Below are positions 1-9,393 of a stretch of DNA of 64,000 nucleotides, one piece after another. The first letter of the stretch is position 1. Each line of letters opens with the position of its first letter. Source of the DNA: Candidatus Latescibacterota bacterium (GTDB taxonomy: Bacteria; Latescibacterota; UBA2968; UBA8231). The notes below the pieces were generated by a model that did not search any database, was not told where the DNA came from, and worked only from the letters and a program-made list of their open reading frames with translations. The stretch spans positions 6,400,001-6,464,000 of the forward strand of contig OZ242214.1 of assembly GCA_965206595.1 (NCBI GenBank), read 5' to 3'. Position numbers and translations under genes: made by a program.

Positions 1-834
1 CTGCGCCGCGGCTTCCTCCCCGGCCCTGAACTGGCCCACCTCGACCTTGAACAAGGGCTCGTGGAAGTTGATCTCCACATCGTCCCGGCCGAGCCGCTCG
101 ACCGCCTTGCGGCGGAACGCCTCGGCATCCGTCAGGTCGAGAGACTCGTAGATGAGGACCCTCCATCCGGGCTCGCGCCCGCGCCCGGGGTCCTCCGGCC
201 CGGGGAGGTCCTGCTCGGGCTCCTCTCCGGGGGGAGGGCTTTTTTCGTTCGGCGGTTCCACCTGCCCAGCGGCAGGGAAGCGGACGACGAAGGCATCGGC
301 GAAGTCGCTTTTCATTTCCGCGATTCGCGCCCGCAGCACCTGGGCCGCGTCAGGGCGGGCAAATCGACCTGCCCTGACGGCATGCAGACCGTTGTGCGGG
401 AAGACGGTTACCTCCACTCCCAACTGCCGCTGCAACGATTCGGCAAGCTGCCGCGCCGCGGTTTCACTGCTCAGAGCGACGACCTGGACGCGATATGCCC
501 CCGGCGTATCCGGCACGGCGCTGCCGCCCCAGGGCCGTTCCTCGGCGGAAGTCTGGTCCGGTCTGACTTCCTGCACCGGGGACTCCGCTGCAGGCGCCTC
601 GGTTCGCTGGGAGGGCGGCGCGAACGCGGGCTCGATCAGCAGCAGATCGTCCCGCACCGACCGCGGATCGAACTCCTCCGCAAGCGGGGGGGCGCCCTCG
701 GTCTGCCGCGGGGCGGGTTGCTGCACTTGTTGCGCCCGGCCTGCGCAGCCGCTGCCGACGGTAAGCGCCCACAGCAGCAGCCCCGCGGAAACGCGGACCC
801 AGGAAACGCAAGGCACGCGGCGACGGCTATTCAT
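1..834 (-). CDS. SPOR-domain lipoprotein (3' end runs off the window)
   Basis: Manual translation from ATG 834 (overlaps mtnA stop): MNSRRRVPCVSWVRVSAGLLLWALTVGSGC lipobox, then SPOR-like segments YRVQVVALSSETAARQLA and FKVEVGQF. Not in the ORF track because it is open at the edge. Confidence 0.7.
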   Translation of the reverse strand, partial: MNSRRRVPCVSWVRVSAGLLLWALTVGSGCAGRAQQVQQPAPRQTEGAPPLAEEFDPRSVRDDLLLIEPAFAPPSQRTEAPAAESPVQEVRPDQTSAEERPWGGSAVPDTPGAYRVQVVALSSETAARQLAESLQRQLGVEVTVFPHNGLHAVRAGRFARPDAAQVLRARIAEMKSDFADAFVVRFPAAGQVEPPNEKSPPPGEEPEQDLPGPEDPGRGREPGWRVLIYESLDLTDAEAFRRKAVERLGRDDVEINFHEPLFKVEVGQFRAGEEAAAQ

Positions 835-1894
835 GCTTTCCGTTCCAGATGCTCAAGGCGGCATCGAAAGATGGCCGCGCCACGCCGTGCTCGGTGATGA
901 TGGCGTCGATGAGGCTGTGCGGCGTCACGTCGAAGGCCGGGTTCAAAACCTCGACTCCCCGCGGGGTATTGGCCGCTACCGGCCCCCCGCTCACCTCCTC
1001 CGGGGACCTCTCTTCGATGGGGATCTCGGCTCCTGACCGCAGCTGGAAATCGACGGTCGACATCGGGGCGGCCACGTAGAAGGGGATTCCGTGCTCGCGC
1101 GCGACCACCGCCAATCCATACGTGCCGATCTTGTTGGCGACATCACCGTTGGCGGCGACGCGGTCGGCGCCGACGATGACACTGGAAATCTTCTCGGCTC
1201 TCATGACGGCCGCGGCGGCCCCGTCGCAGATCACGGTTACGTCGATTCCGTTCTGCATAAGTTCCCATGCCGTCAGCCGCGAACCCTGCAGCAGCGGCCT
1301 CGTCTCGTCTGCGAAAACCCGCACCCGCTTGCCTTGCTGAGCCGCGCCGTACACAACACCGAGCGCGGTGCCCCAGCCAGCCGTCGCAAGGGACCCGGCG
1401 TTGCAGTGGGTGAGGACCTTGTCGCCATCGGACAACAGGCCGGACCCGTGTTCCCCGATGCGCCTGCAGACCGCGCGGTCCTCCTCACGGATGCGGTGAG
1501 CAGCTGCGAGCAGATCGCGGGCAAGCCGTTCCTCATCGAGAGATCCCTCGCCTGCACATCGCCCAATCGTGTCGCGCATCTGCTGCAACGCCCAGAACAG
1601 GTTCACGGCAGTCGGCCGCGTACCGGCGAGCCGTTTCAAGGCCTCCTCGACACGCCCAGAGAAGTCCGCTTTTCCGAGGGCATTGCGGGCCTCCAGAGCA
1701 ACTCCGTAGGCCGCGGCGACGCCGATGGCCGGGGCTCCCCGCACTCTGAGGACCTCGATGCTTTCGGCGACCATTTCTGCGTCGGTGCAGTCGACGTAGA
1801 CAACCTCCGCGGGCAGTCGCGTTTGATCTAGCAGGCGCAGGACGGGCTCTTTCCCGCCCCCGGGCTCGATCCACTCGACTGTTTCGATCCTCAC
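827..1894 (-). CDS. mtnA: S-methyl-5-thioribose-1-phosphate isomerase
   Basis: Motifs LLDQTRLP, VRGAPAIG, TRPTAVNL, LTHCNAG, DETRPLLQGSRLT, NKIGTY, NPAFDVTP; GTG start at 1894 overlaps rsfS stop. Confidence 0.95.
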   Translation of the reverse strand: MRIETVEWIEPGGGKEPVLRLLDQTRLPAEVVYVDCTDAEMVAESIEVLRVRGAPAIGVAAAYGVALEARNALGKADFSGRVEEALKRLAGTRPTAVNLFWALQQMRDTIGRCAGEGSLDEERLARDLLAAAHRIREEDRAVCRRIGEHGSGLLSDGDKVLTHCNAGSLATAGWGTALGVVYGAAQQGKRVRVFADETRPLLQGSRLTAWELMQNGIDVTVICDGAAAAVMRAEKISSVIVGADRVAANGDVANKIGTYGLAVVAREHGIPFYVAAPMSTVDFQLRSGAEIPIEERSPEEVSGGPVAANTPRGVEVLNPAFDVTPHSLIDAIITEHGVARPSFDAALSIWNGKHE

Positions 1895-2310
1895 GTCGTC
1901 TCGATAACCCCGGACGCTGCCGGAAGCCGCGGCGATTCGGACAGATCGCACTCCAACGCCACATGCTCGGCGTCTCCCCAAAGACGCTCCAATTCGTAAT
2001 ACTCCCGGGCCTGCGGAAGGAAAACGTGGACCACGATATCCACTAGGTCGATCAGCACCCAGCGGCATTGCTCCATCCCCTCGACATGCCAAGGCTTGTT
2101 GCCCGCCGCTCTCAGGGACTCGACGAGAGCGGTGACGAGGGCCTTTACATGGGGGTCCGAAGAAGCGCTGCAGATAACAAAACAGTCGGCTGCATCGCTG
2201 ACCGTCCTCAGGTCCAGAACCAGGATGTCCTCCGCCTTTTTCTCCTGAAGAATTCCGGCGATGAGCGACAGCCTTGGATCTTGTGACAGAGGATCGGGGA
2301 GGCACTCCAA
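1891..2310 (-). CDS. rsfS: Ribosome silencing factor RsfS (Iojap)
   Basis: EKKAEDILVLDL, WVLIDLVDIVVHVF, REYYELERLWGDA; start approximate. Confidence 0.93.
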   Translation of the reverse strand: MECLPDPLSQDPRLSLIAGILQEKKAEDILVLDLRTVSDAADCFVICSASSDPHVKALVTALVESLRAAGNKPWHVEGMEQCRWVLIDLVDIVVHVFLPQAREYYELERLWGDAEHVALECDLSESPRLPAASGVIETT

Positions 2311-2341
2311 ACGCGAATTCAGCTGTTCGGCCCTCTTTGGT

Positions 2342-2785
2342 CTACTCCAGCAGTTGGAGCTTTCTGTAATCCTTGCCAACGATAATGCGGATATCCTCGA
2401 GACGGTAGTCGTCCTCACTGATTTGCTGGATGAAGTTGGGGATTCCGAGCAATGAGGCGACCTGCCGGGTCTTTTCGAGGTCTCCGTCGCGATCGATCAC
2501 GATCGATTCAAGGTAGCCGAAACTGTCGGCGTTACCCTCCTCGATTACGTCGAGGCCCAGTGACTGCGCCTTTTCCCTCATGCGGGCGGCGACGCCCAAG
2601 TCCCCGCAGCCGTTCAGGACCGAAACGCGAGCGAACAGTACCGGAACCGGCGCGGCCTGGGGCGGTTCAGAAACCGGCACGACCGGCTCTACCGGTTCCT
2701 CGACTTGGAATCGCGGCCAGATGGAGGCCGCCAGAAGAAAGGCTCCCGCCAGGCTGCCAAGGAGCCACAATGCTTTGTCCCGCAC
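2342..2785 (-). CDS. LytR C-terminal domain membrane protein
   Basis: N-terminal TM helix; VSVLNGCGDLGVA...GNAD...IRIIVGKDY typical of LytR_C. Confidence 0.85.
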   Translation of the reverse strand: MRDKALWLLGSLAGAFLLAASIWPRFQVEEPVEPVVPVSEPPQAAPVPVLFARVSVLNGCGDLGVAARMREKAQSLGLDVIEEGNADSFGYLESIVIDRDGDLEKTRQVASLLGIPNFIQQISEDDYRLEDIRIIVGKDYRKLQLLE

Positions 2786-2915
2786 AGAATCAGGGGATTA
2801 TTAACGATGCTTTGGGGATGACTACAAATCAAGCTGAACTCGTCCATAAAGTCAAACAAAAAAAGACATTTACGGACGATCCGGAGGAGCTGCCCAGCCC
2901 CTTGGGAACGGGTGC

Positions 2916-3050
2916 CTATGGAGGTTCAGGTCCGAGAAGCCCCATGCCGATGCGGACGGCGAGATAGAGCGACGCGACCGCGCTCAGCGCTCGCGCGCAA
3001 CGGTCGGCTATCAGGGAAACCATGCAGATTGTAAGTTCATCAGAGTGCAC
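2916..3050 (-). CDS. Candidate small hydrophobic protein (35-44 aa), possibly leaderless
   Basis: GTG 3050 or ATG 3023 to TAG 2916: (VHSDELTIC)MVSLIADRCARALSAVASLYLAVRIGMGLLGPEPP, directly downstream of a consensus promoter. Confidence 0.35.
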   Translation of the reverse strand: MHSDELTICMVSLIADRCARALSAVASLYLAVRIGMGLLGPEPP

Positions 3051-3056
3051 ATATGT

Positions 3057-3085
3057 ATCTTAATGAACATAGTTTCAGGTGTCAA
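3057..3085 (-). promoter_or_regulatory. sigma70-type promoter
   Basis: Minus strand TTGACA (3085-3080), 17 bp, TAAGAT (3062-3057). Confidence 0.7.
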
Positions 3086-3332
3086 GTGATCTCCCGAAAA
3101 TTGGGGCCGGCCGCCTTGTCTGTGAGGAATATCTGGAAATGCAGGAGGCAACCGTTACGCCATTGCCCCCGGGGCGCACGTCCGAGTACGACAAGGCGAG
3201 GACCACCGGCATCCCCTTTTCAAATACGGGGACCCGTCCGGGTCTCGGGAGGTGAAATTCATGTGTCCCGCCCTCGGAGTTCGAGTTCCAGATTGGTCCG
3301 GGGAGATGCCCGGACAGGCAGGATTCCGGAAC

Positions 3333-6062
3333 CTAGAACAGCCCGGAGTACTTGATCGTCATGATGTAGTCCTGGGTCCCTTTACGTTTGACCAGTGGCC
3401 TGGAATCGTAGATATCCCACCCGAACCCGAAGAGGAGCCGGTCCTTGTAGGCGGACAGGGCGATCCCGAGGCTGACGGCAATGGCGTTGTCCGTCGACAG
3501 CGCCTCCAGCACGTTCCCGATGGCGGTCAGGTGGATGCCGGACACCGACGGGTTGTCGGGATTGTGCCATCCCGCAAAAGCGATTCCAGGCAGCCCGATA
3601 AGCCTTTCGGTCTCTCCTTCCACCTTTTTTCCGTCGCGCCCGGTGTAGTCGCGGCCCGGGCGGATCGTCAGGAAGGAGACCAGGGGCTTTGCTTCGAACT
3701 CCCACTTCCAGCCCCCCACTTCGAACACCTGCGATATCGCCTGCGGAGCGGCGCCGGGGTGGCTGCGCGTCGTGATCTTGAGGCGGACCTGCTTCATTCC
3801 GGCTTCCTCAAGGCGGAGGTTGAGGGCCTCGGCCGGCACCAGACTCTGGTCGTCGTCGTAGATGTTGACCTCGAGCCGTTTCGAAGGGCCTACAGGACCG
3901 TACCCCTCGTCCAGCTCGACCCACTCCACCTCCATCCGCCTCCCGACGAGGGCGGCTTTCAAGGAGTCCGGTACGGAGAAAGCAAGATCGATGCGGGTCC
4001 CGTCGACGACGACGACCGGGGTACCGGTCCAGGGCACCGGCAGGGGTCGCGACCGCGATTTCCTCGAGGCCGTCACCGCGGACACCTGCGTCAGGTAGAT
4101 CGTCCCCAGGGCTCCGTGGCCCTTCAGTTTGACAGGCTGGGCTTTGTCGCGCACGTCGTTGCTCACCAGCAGGATCTCAGCGAAATGGTCGCCGAGGGAC
4201 CGGGGGGAGAACGAAACCTGCAGTCTGGTCGACTCTTCGGGCTGCAGCGAGAAGGACGCCGGTTCCAGGGAGGCCTCGCGACTCAAGGTGCTGGCGGCGA
4301 CCCGCAGGGCGGTGTCGCCGATGTTGGTGGCGACCAGGGTTCGCGTCCCGGTCTCCCCTAGGACGACGTAGCCGAAATCCAGGGGCCCGGAGGGGTGCAA
4401 CTCGATCTCGGCGGCGATGCCGGTACCGTTGAGGAGGATGTCGAAGGTCTCGCTCCCCTCCTCCCAGAAGCCTTCGAGGCGCAAGGTGCCGCTGCGCGGC
4501 CCGCGAAGCGTCGGCGTGAAGGTGACCTTGAGGGGCAACGACCGCAGGCTGTTGGCGGGCAGTCCGTACTCGTCGTCGGCCGACACCTGCGTGTACACGG
4601 TGAAATCGGAGCTCGTAGACAGCACCCGCGTAACGGTGAAATCGGCGTTGCCGACGTTGGTCAGGTCGATGACGGCATGGCTGGCCTCTCCGACCGGCAC
4701 GCGCCCGAACTCAGCCGCGGTCGGGCTCAGCTCCAGGTAGCGCCCCGTCCCGGTCAGAGGCAGCACCGTGCGCCCTTTTTCGGTCGCGACCTCGAGCAGG
4801 GCATCGCGAAGTCCCCTCGCCTGCGGGCTGAAGCTGAGACCTGCGCTCACACTTTCACCCGGCTGCAGCAGGTACGAGCTGCTCTCGACCCCGAACTCCT
4901 CCCCTTCCCCTTTCACCTCGACGGAGACCCTGAAAGCGCTGCCGCCGCGGTTCCAGATCAACAGCGGCTGTCTCAAGGTCTTGCCGATGGCGGCGCTGCC
5001 CATATCGATCGCCCCGTCCCCCACCACGACGATTTCCGGGGGGCCGACGAAGGCGGTTCCCTTCAGGGGTAGCGAAATCCGGGGGCGTTCAGGGTCGCTG
5101 GTAGCCAGGGACAGGGTTCCCGTGGACACCCCCGGAAAGGCGGGATTGAAGGCGACCTCGAAATCGCCGCGTCCTCCCGGTTTCAGAATCAGCGTGTCAT
5201 TGGCGGCAGAAAGAGAGAAGCTCTCTCCCGACAGCGCGAGACCCGAGATCTCGAGGGGGGCGCGGCCATGGTTGAGAAGGGTGACCGCGGCGCTGCTCCG
5301 GCGGCCGGCCTCGAGACGGCCGAAATCGAGGCCGACTTCCGGCAGGGGGGAGACTGCGGCGGCCGCGGCCAACCCCTCTCCGCCTACCTCCACCTCCACC
5401 CTGTCAGGGATCATTTCCGGGGCCTCGACGATCAGGCGGTCGACCACGAGGCCGTCCGTTGGCGGGGTGAATTCGAGCGTCACCACGACGGATGCACCAG
5501 GCTCCAGGGAGAGCTGGTCGGGGGGGAGGGCGGCGAACGGTCCCGTGCCGCTGGCGAGGTAGATACTGTCGATCTGCAGCGGCACCGGACCGCTGTTGCT
5601 CAGCAGGAGAGTGCGCCTCGCGGACGCACCCACGGCGACGGAGTCGAACTCGATTTCCAGGGGATCGAGAACCAGCCCGGGGCGCGCCGCGGTCGCCGTG
5701 ACAGGTACGGCGAGACCGTCAGAGCCGAACAGCTGTTCCACCTCGACGGCGATCTCGGACCGGTAGACACCCGGCTTCGTGGCCGCGAAAGCGATCGCGA
5801 TCTCCCGCTCACTCCCCTTCTCGATGGTGAGGGACTCCACCGGCATGGAGAAGGGCTCCCCTGCGGAAAGGCGTACCTCGATGGCCTCGTGGGCTTTGTT
5901 GACCAGGGTGATCTTGGATTCGACGCGAAGTCCGACCTGGACGGTTCCGAAGTCGACGCTCCTGGGTCGCACGGAAACCTGTTCGGCACCGACGCTCGCG
6001 GCGAGCGCGAGCAAGGTCGCGACGAATCGGGTACTGCGATGGAGTGAGGGGGCCGGACCCAT
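3333..6062 (-). CDS. Secreted protein with six ASH / choice-of-anchor-D Ig-like repeats and an unassigned C-terminal domain
   Basis: Signal peptide; six repeats starting PRSVDFGTVQVG, PLEIEFDSVAVG, EVGLDFGRLEAG, GAIDMGSAAIG, PTAAEFGRVPVG, SGPLDFGYVVLG, each followed by an (L/I/T)-x-N or TN-x-G-like strand motif. Confidence 0.8.
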   Translation of the reverse strand: MGPAPSLHRSTRFVATLLALAASVGAEQVSVRPRSVDFGTVQVGLRVESKITLVNKAHEAIEVRLSAGEPFSMPVESLTIEKGSEREIAIAFAATKPGVYRSEIAVEVEQLFGSDGLAVPVTATAARPGLVLDPLEIEFDSVAVGASARRTLLLSNSGPVPLQIDSIYLASGTGPFAALPPDQLSLEPGASVVVTLEFTPPTDGLVVDRLIVEAPEMIPDRVEVEVGGEGLAAAAAVSPLPEVGLDFGRLEAGRRSSAAVTLLNHGRAPLEISGLALSGESFSLSAANDTLILKPGGRGDFEVAFNPAFPGVSTGTLSLATSDPERPRISLPLKGTAFVGPPEIVVVGDGAIDMGSAAIGKTLRQPLLIWNRGGSAFRVSVEVKGEGEEFGVESSSYLLQPGESVSAGLSFSPQARGLRDALLEVATEKGRTVLPLTGTGRYLELSPTAAEFGRVPVGEASHAVIDLTNVGNADFTVTRVLSTSSDFTVYTQVSADDEYGLPANSLRSLPLKVTFTPTLRGPRSGTLRLEGFWEEGSETFDILLNGTGIAAEIELHPSGPLDFGYVVLGETGTRTLVATNIGDTALRVAASTLSREASLEPASFSLQPEESTRLQVSFSPRSLGDHFAEILLVSNDVRDKAQPVKLKGHGALGTIYLTQVSAVTASRKSRSRPLPVPWTGTPVVVVDGTRIDLAFSVPDSLKAALVGRRMEVEWVELDEGYGPVGPSKRLEVNIYDDDQSLVPAEALNLRLEEAGMKQVRLKITTRSHPGAAPQAISQVFEVGGWKWEFEAKPLVSFLTIRPGRDYTGRDGKKVEGETERLIGLPGIAFAGWHNPDNPSVSGIHLTAIGNVLEALSTDNAIAVSLGIALSAYKDRLLFGFGWDIYDSRPLVKRKGTQDYIMTIKYSGLF

Positions 6063-6352
6063 ATCCGCTGGCGGTCACGAAAAAAAGAGCGACCAACTCA
6101 CCAGAATGCCGGAAAAAACTTTGTCGAAGTTCCACGTTCAGAGGAAGTGGAAAACTTCCGCAGGGGCAATCTTTCGTGAATTCAGGTCGCTCTCGTGTGG
6201 GCAAAGATAAAATCGCCAACGCAAGTGTCAAGAAACCGGCACCATTCCGAGCCGCTCTCAATTGGCGGCAAGCAGTGGATGAAAGAAGCCCCCGGGACCA
6301 CTGCAGGGCGGGTGGTGCGAAAACGACGGCACTCCGCGGGGCGCGCCTGCCC

Positions 6353-7561
6353 CTACGCGATCAGCTTGCGCAGACCCCTCACAAGGCGATCCATCCCTTC
6401 GGCAACGGTGTCCGGCTCGAGGGCCCCGTAGGCGACACGGAGGTAGCAGCCATCCGTCATCCCGAATCCTGATCCGGGAATGGCGGCGACCTTGAACTCC
6501 CTCACCAGGCGTTCGACAACCGCCATCGAATCGAGGTCGCAATGCAGGCGAACGAGCAGGTAGAAGGCGCCATTCGACTTCGGCACCGTGCACAGGTCGT
6601 CCACTTCGGTGAGCCGCTCCAGACAGAGCCGCCGCACCTGGGAGAGCTTCTCGACGTGGCGGCGGCAGTACTCGAGTCCAGCATCGAGGGCTCCAGAAGC
6701 CGCGGCCTGGGAAACGACGGGGGGACAGATCAGGATCGTGTCCTGGCTCTTCTCGAGCGCCCGCAGCAGGTGGCGAGGGATCGCCATGTAGCCGACACGC
6801 CAGCTGGCCAGGCTGTACGACTTCGAGAAGGAAAACAGTGAGATCGTGTGCACCTCGGTGTCGGGCAGAGAGCCCACCGAGAAGTGATCTGCCCCATCGT
6901 AGGTGAAGTACTCGTAGGCTTCGTCGCTGAAGTGGTAGAGTCCGTGCCTTCGGCACAGATCATTGATCCTCTGCAGGACCGCCCGCGGGTAGACAACTCC
7001 CGCGGGGTTGTTGGGAGAAATGGTTACGACGGCGCGAGTGCGCGGGGACAGACGGGCTTCGACGGTGTCGGGGTCGAGCTGATAATCCGATCCTGTCGGC
7101 GCCAGCACCGGCCGGCAGTTCGCCATGGTTATGGCCATCTCGTGGTTGAAGTAGAACGGCGACGCGATCACAACCTCGTCACCGGGGTCGCAGATCGACA
7201 GCAAGGCGTGATAGAAGGCCATGTTGCTGCCGGCGGTGACTACGAGGGCCTGCCCGTCGCCGTCGCCGACGCCGATCCCGTTTTCGCGGTGGAGCTTGGC
7301 GATCAGCTTCTCGCGCAGCGGCGGAATCCCCGACGCCGCCTGGTAGTGATGGTGTTCGATTTCTCCGCCGAAACGGGAGACCGCCTCCAACGCCTGCGGC
7401 GGCGGCCGGTAGTGGACGACTCCCTGTCCGAGCGAGATGGTGCCGGGGTTGGCGCGGATCAGCACCGCGACGTCGGGAATGACCGGACTGAGCACCCCGG
7501 CCATGCGCCGCGATTGCTCCATGGCGCACCCCGACCACCCGATGTCGCCTGCGTCTCTCAC
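6353..7561 (-). CDS. PLP-dependent aminotransferase class I/II
   Basis: ISLGQG, TISPNNPAG, SDEAY, SFSKSYSLASWRVGY (PLP lysine); start may be ATG 7522. Confidence 0.92.
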   Translation of the reverse strand: MRDAGDIGWSGCAMEQSRRMAGVLSPVIPDVAVLIRANPGTISLGQGVVHYRPPPQALEAVSRFGGEIEHHHYQAASGIPPLREKLIAKLHRENGIGVGDGDGQALVVTAGSNMAFYHALLSICDPGDEVVIASPFYFNHEMAITMANCRPVLAPTGSDYQLDPDTVEARLSPRTRAVVTISPNNPAGVVYPRAVLQRINDLCRRHGLYHFSDEAYEYFTYDGADHFSVGSLPDTEVHTISLFSFSKSYSLASWRVGYMAIPRHLLRALEKSQDTILICPPVVSQAAASGALDAGLEYCRRHVEKLSQVRRLCLERLTEVDDLCTVPKSNGAFYLLVRLHCDLDSMAVVERLVREFKVAAIPGSGFGMTDGCYLRVAYGALEPDTVAEGMDRLVRGLRKLIA

Positions 7562-8469
7562 TGCTCAAGGACCTGCTGCAGCAGGTCGTACAGGCGATCG
7601 AGCTCCGCCCTGGTAATATCGTCGAGCTCGAATGAGAGGGGGCGGCGGTGATGCTGCCGGGAGAACAGACCCTGGCGATGGAGCATATGGCGACCGGCGA
7701 TTATGAAGCCGTCGAGCCCGCCCTGAAGCTGCAGGGTCGCGAGTGCGCAGATGGGAAACCAGAGGTCGTAGATCCTTTCCTCCTCCCCCGACTCCAGGGC
7801 CTGCCAGAGCGCCACCAGCCCGGCTAGCATTTCCACTCCCGGAATGGTTCCGGTTACGCCGCGGCGATGGGAGTCGATCAGGAGCACCCCGCCGCTCCCT
7901 TCGAAGATGCCGGCGCGCCCCGCGGTGCTCGCACGCAACGCAGAGATCGCCGGGCCGAGCGGGGTCGCCTCCGGTTTGAAGAGGATGCGGTCCCCGTACT
8001 GGTGAAACAGGTCGGCCTGGAACTGCACGCTCATCGGACTGCCGACGTACGAACTGGCATCTTGGACGAACATGGGAATTTCAACGGCCTCGAGAATCGC
8101 CTCGAAGTAGGCGAGCAGCTCGGTCTGCGGCAGGGCTCGCGTGACCGGCGGAAGGACCATCGTCGCCGCAGCTCCTCCCTGTTCGGCGGCACGCGCGTAG
8201 AGAACCGCCTGCGCGGTGCTCTCCGCACCGACGTTGACGATGACCGGACCCCTTCCCGCGGCGAACTTCACCAGTTCCGCCGGGAGCCGGAGACGCTCTT
8301 CCCCGGCAAGGCGCAGCAGGTCGGAAACCAGGGCGAGACAGAAGCCGTCGGCGCCGAGAGCGAAGATGTGGTCGACCTCCCTTTGCAGGGATGCGTAGTC
8401 GATCGAGAGGTCGGTGTGGTAAGGCATGCTGACGACCGGCAGGACGCCGCCGAACCCTTGCCCGGTCAC
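7558..8469 (-). CDS. Dihydrodipicolinate synthase / class I aldolase family protein
   Basis: GVLPVVSMPY...IDYASL, VIVNVGAEST, Schiff-base K in LFKPE. Confidence 0.85.
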   Translation of the reverse strand: MTGQGFGGVLPVVSMPYHTDLSIDYASLQREVDHIFALGADGFCLALVSDLLRLAGEERLRLPAELVKFAAGRGPVIVNVGAESTAQAVLYARAAEQGGAAATMVLPPVTRALPQTELLAYFEAILEAVEIPMFVQDASSYVGSPMSVQFQADLFHQYGDRILFKPEATPLGPAISALRASTAGRAGIFEGSGGVLLIDSHRRGVTGTIPGVEMLAGLVALWQALESGEEERIYDLWFPICALATLQLQGGLDGFIIAGRHMLHRQGLFSRQHHRRPLSFELDDITRAELDRLYDLLQQVLEQ

Positions 8470-9314
8470 GGCCTTCTCCCGCCCGCCCGAACCGCGTCGT
8501 GCAGCAGCTGTTCTATTCCAGCGTTTGCGGCGGCCATGAACAGGGGGAACTTTCCCCGCCTCATGTAGGCGGGCACCCCGCCCCCCCTGACGAAGCAGCG
8601 CGCGCCCGCTTCCTCCGCTATCAACGAGGGGGGGCCTACGTCATACACCTCGACCTGGCGCGTGAGATAGGCGCACAGCTCTCCCTCGGCCAGCAGGGTG
8701 AGAACCAGGGCCGCGCCGATCGGGTGCTCGCGCGGCTCCAGTGCGGGGCGCACCAGCTCCTGGTATTGGCGCGCCTTCGACGAGACGAAAGCCGCCTTCG
8801 TCCCTGGGGTGCGCGGCAGCCGCAGCCGGCTAGGCCGGCGGTTTCCGGCCTGCACCCAGGCTCCCCGGCCGCGAATCGCGGTGAAGATCTTGCCCTCATC
8901 CGGACGGGCGACTATCGCCGCCTGCATCAGGCCGTTCCGGCACAGCCCGACGGACAGGTGATACGGTGCATCGCCGCGCTGAAAGTGCAAGGTGCCGTCG
9001 ATCGGGTCTAGGATGAGAGCGTAATCGCTGCGATTGCCGCGGAAGCGGCGCTTAAGGGCGGTGTCCTCCTCGGCTATACAGCGAATCTCCGGGTAGCGTT
9101 GCAACACCACCGCCAGGATGATCTCCTGCAGGGCGCCGTCCAGCGCCGTGAGCACGCCCGACGCCTCCTGCGCCTTCGACCCGGTGAGACTGGTGTCGGC
9201 CGCCTTTCCCAGATCGGCGACCCGGCCGTAGAAAATCAGCGACGCCTCGGCGCACTGTCGCACGACAGGCAGCAGGATATCGACGAACTCCCGTGGATCG
9301 ATCTGTCGGGACAT
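8466..9314 (-). CDS. Inositol monophosphatase family protein
   Basis: IAEE, ILDPIDGTLHF, YDVGPPSLIAEEAG. Confidence 0.88.
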   Translation of the reverse strand: MSRQIDPREFVDILLPVVRQCAEASLIFYGRVADLGKAADTSLTGSKAQEASGVLTALDGALQEIILAVVLQRYPEIRCIAEEDTALKRRFRGNRSDYALILDPIDGTLHFQRGDAPYHLSVGLCRNGLMQAAIVARPDEGKIFTAIRGRGAWVQAGNRRPSRLRLPRTPGTKAAFVSSKARQYQELVRPALEPREHPIGAALVLTLLAEGELCAYLTRQVEVYDVGPPSLIAEEAGARCFVRGGGVPAYMRRGKFPLFMAAANAGIEQLLHDAVRAGGRRP

Positions 9315-9393
9315 GGGGTTTCCTGGAACGAAACGGGCCCCGGAACGAAAACTCCCGGGGCCCCGATGAGGCAGGTTTTGCCGCGCGGGGCCG

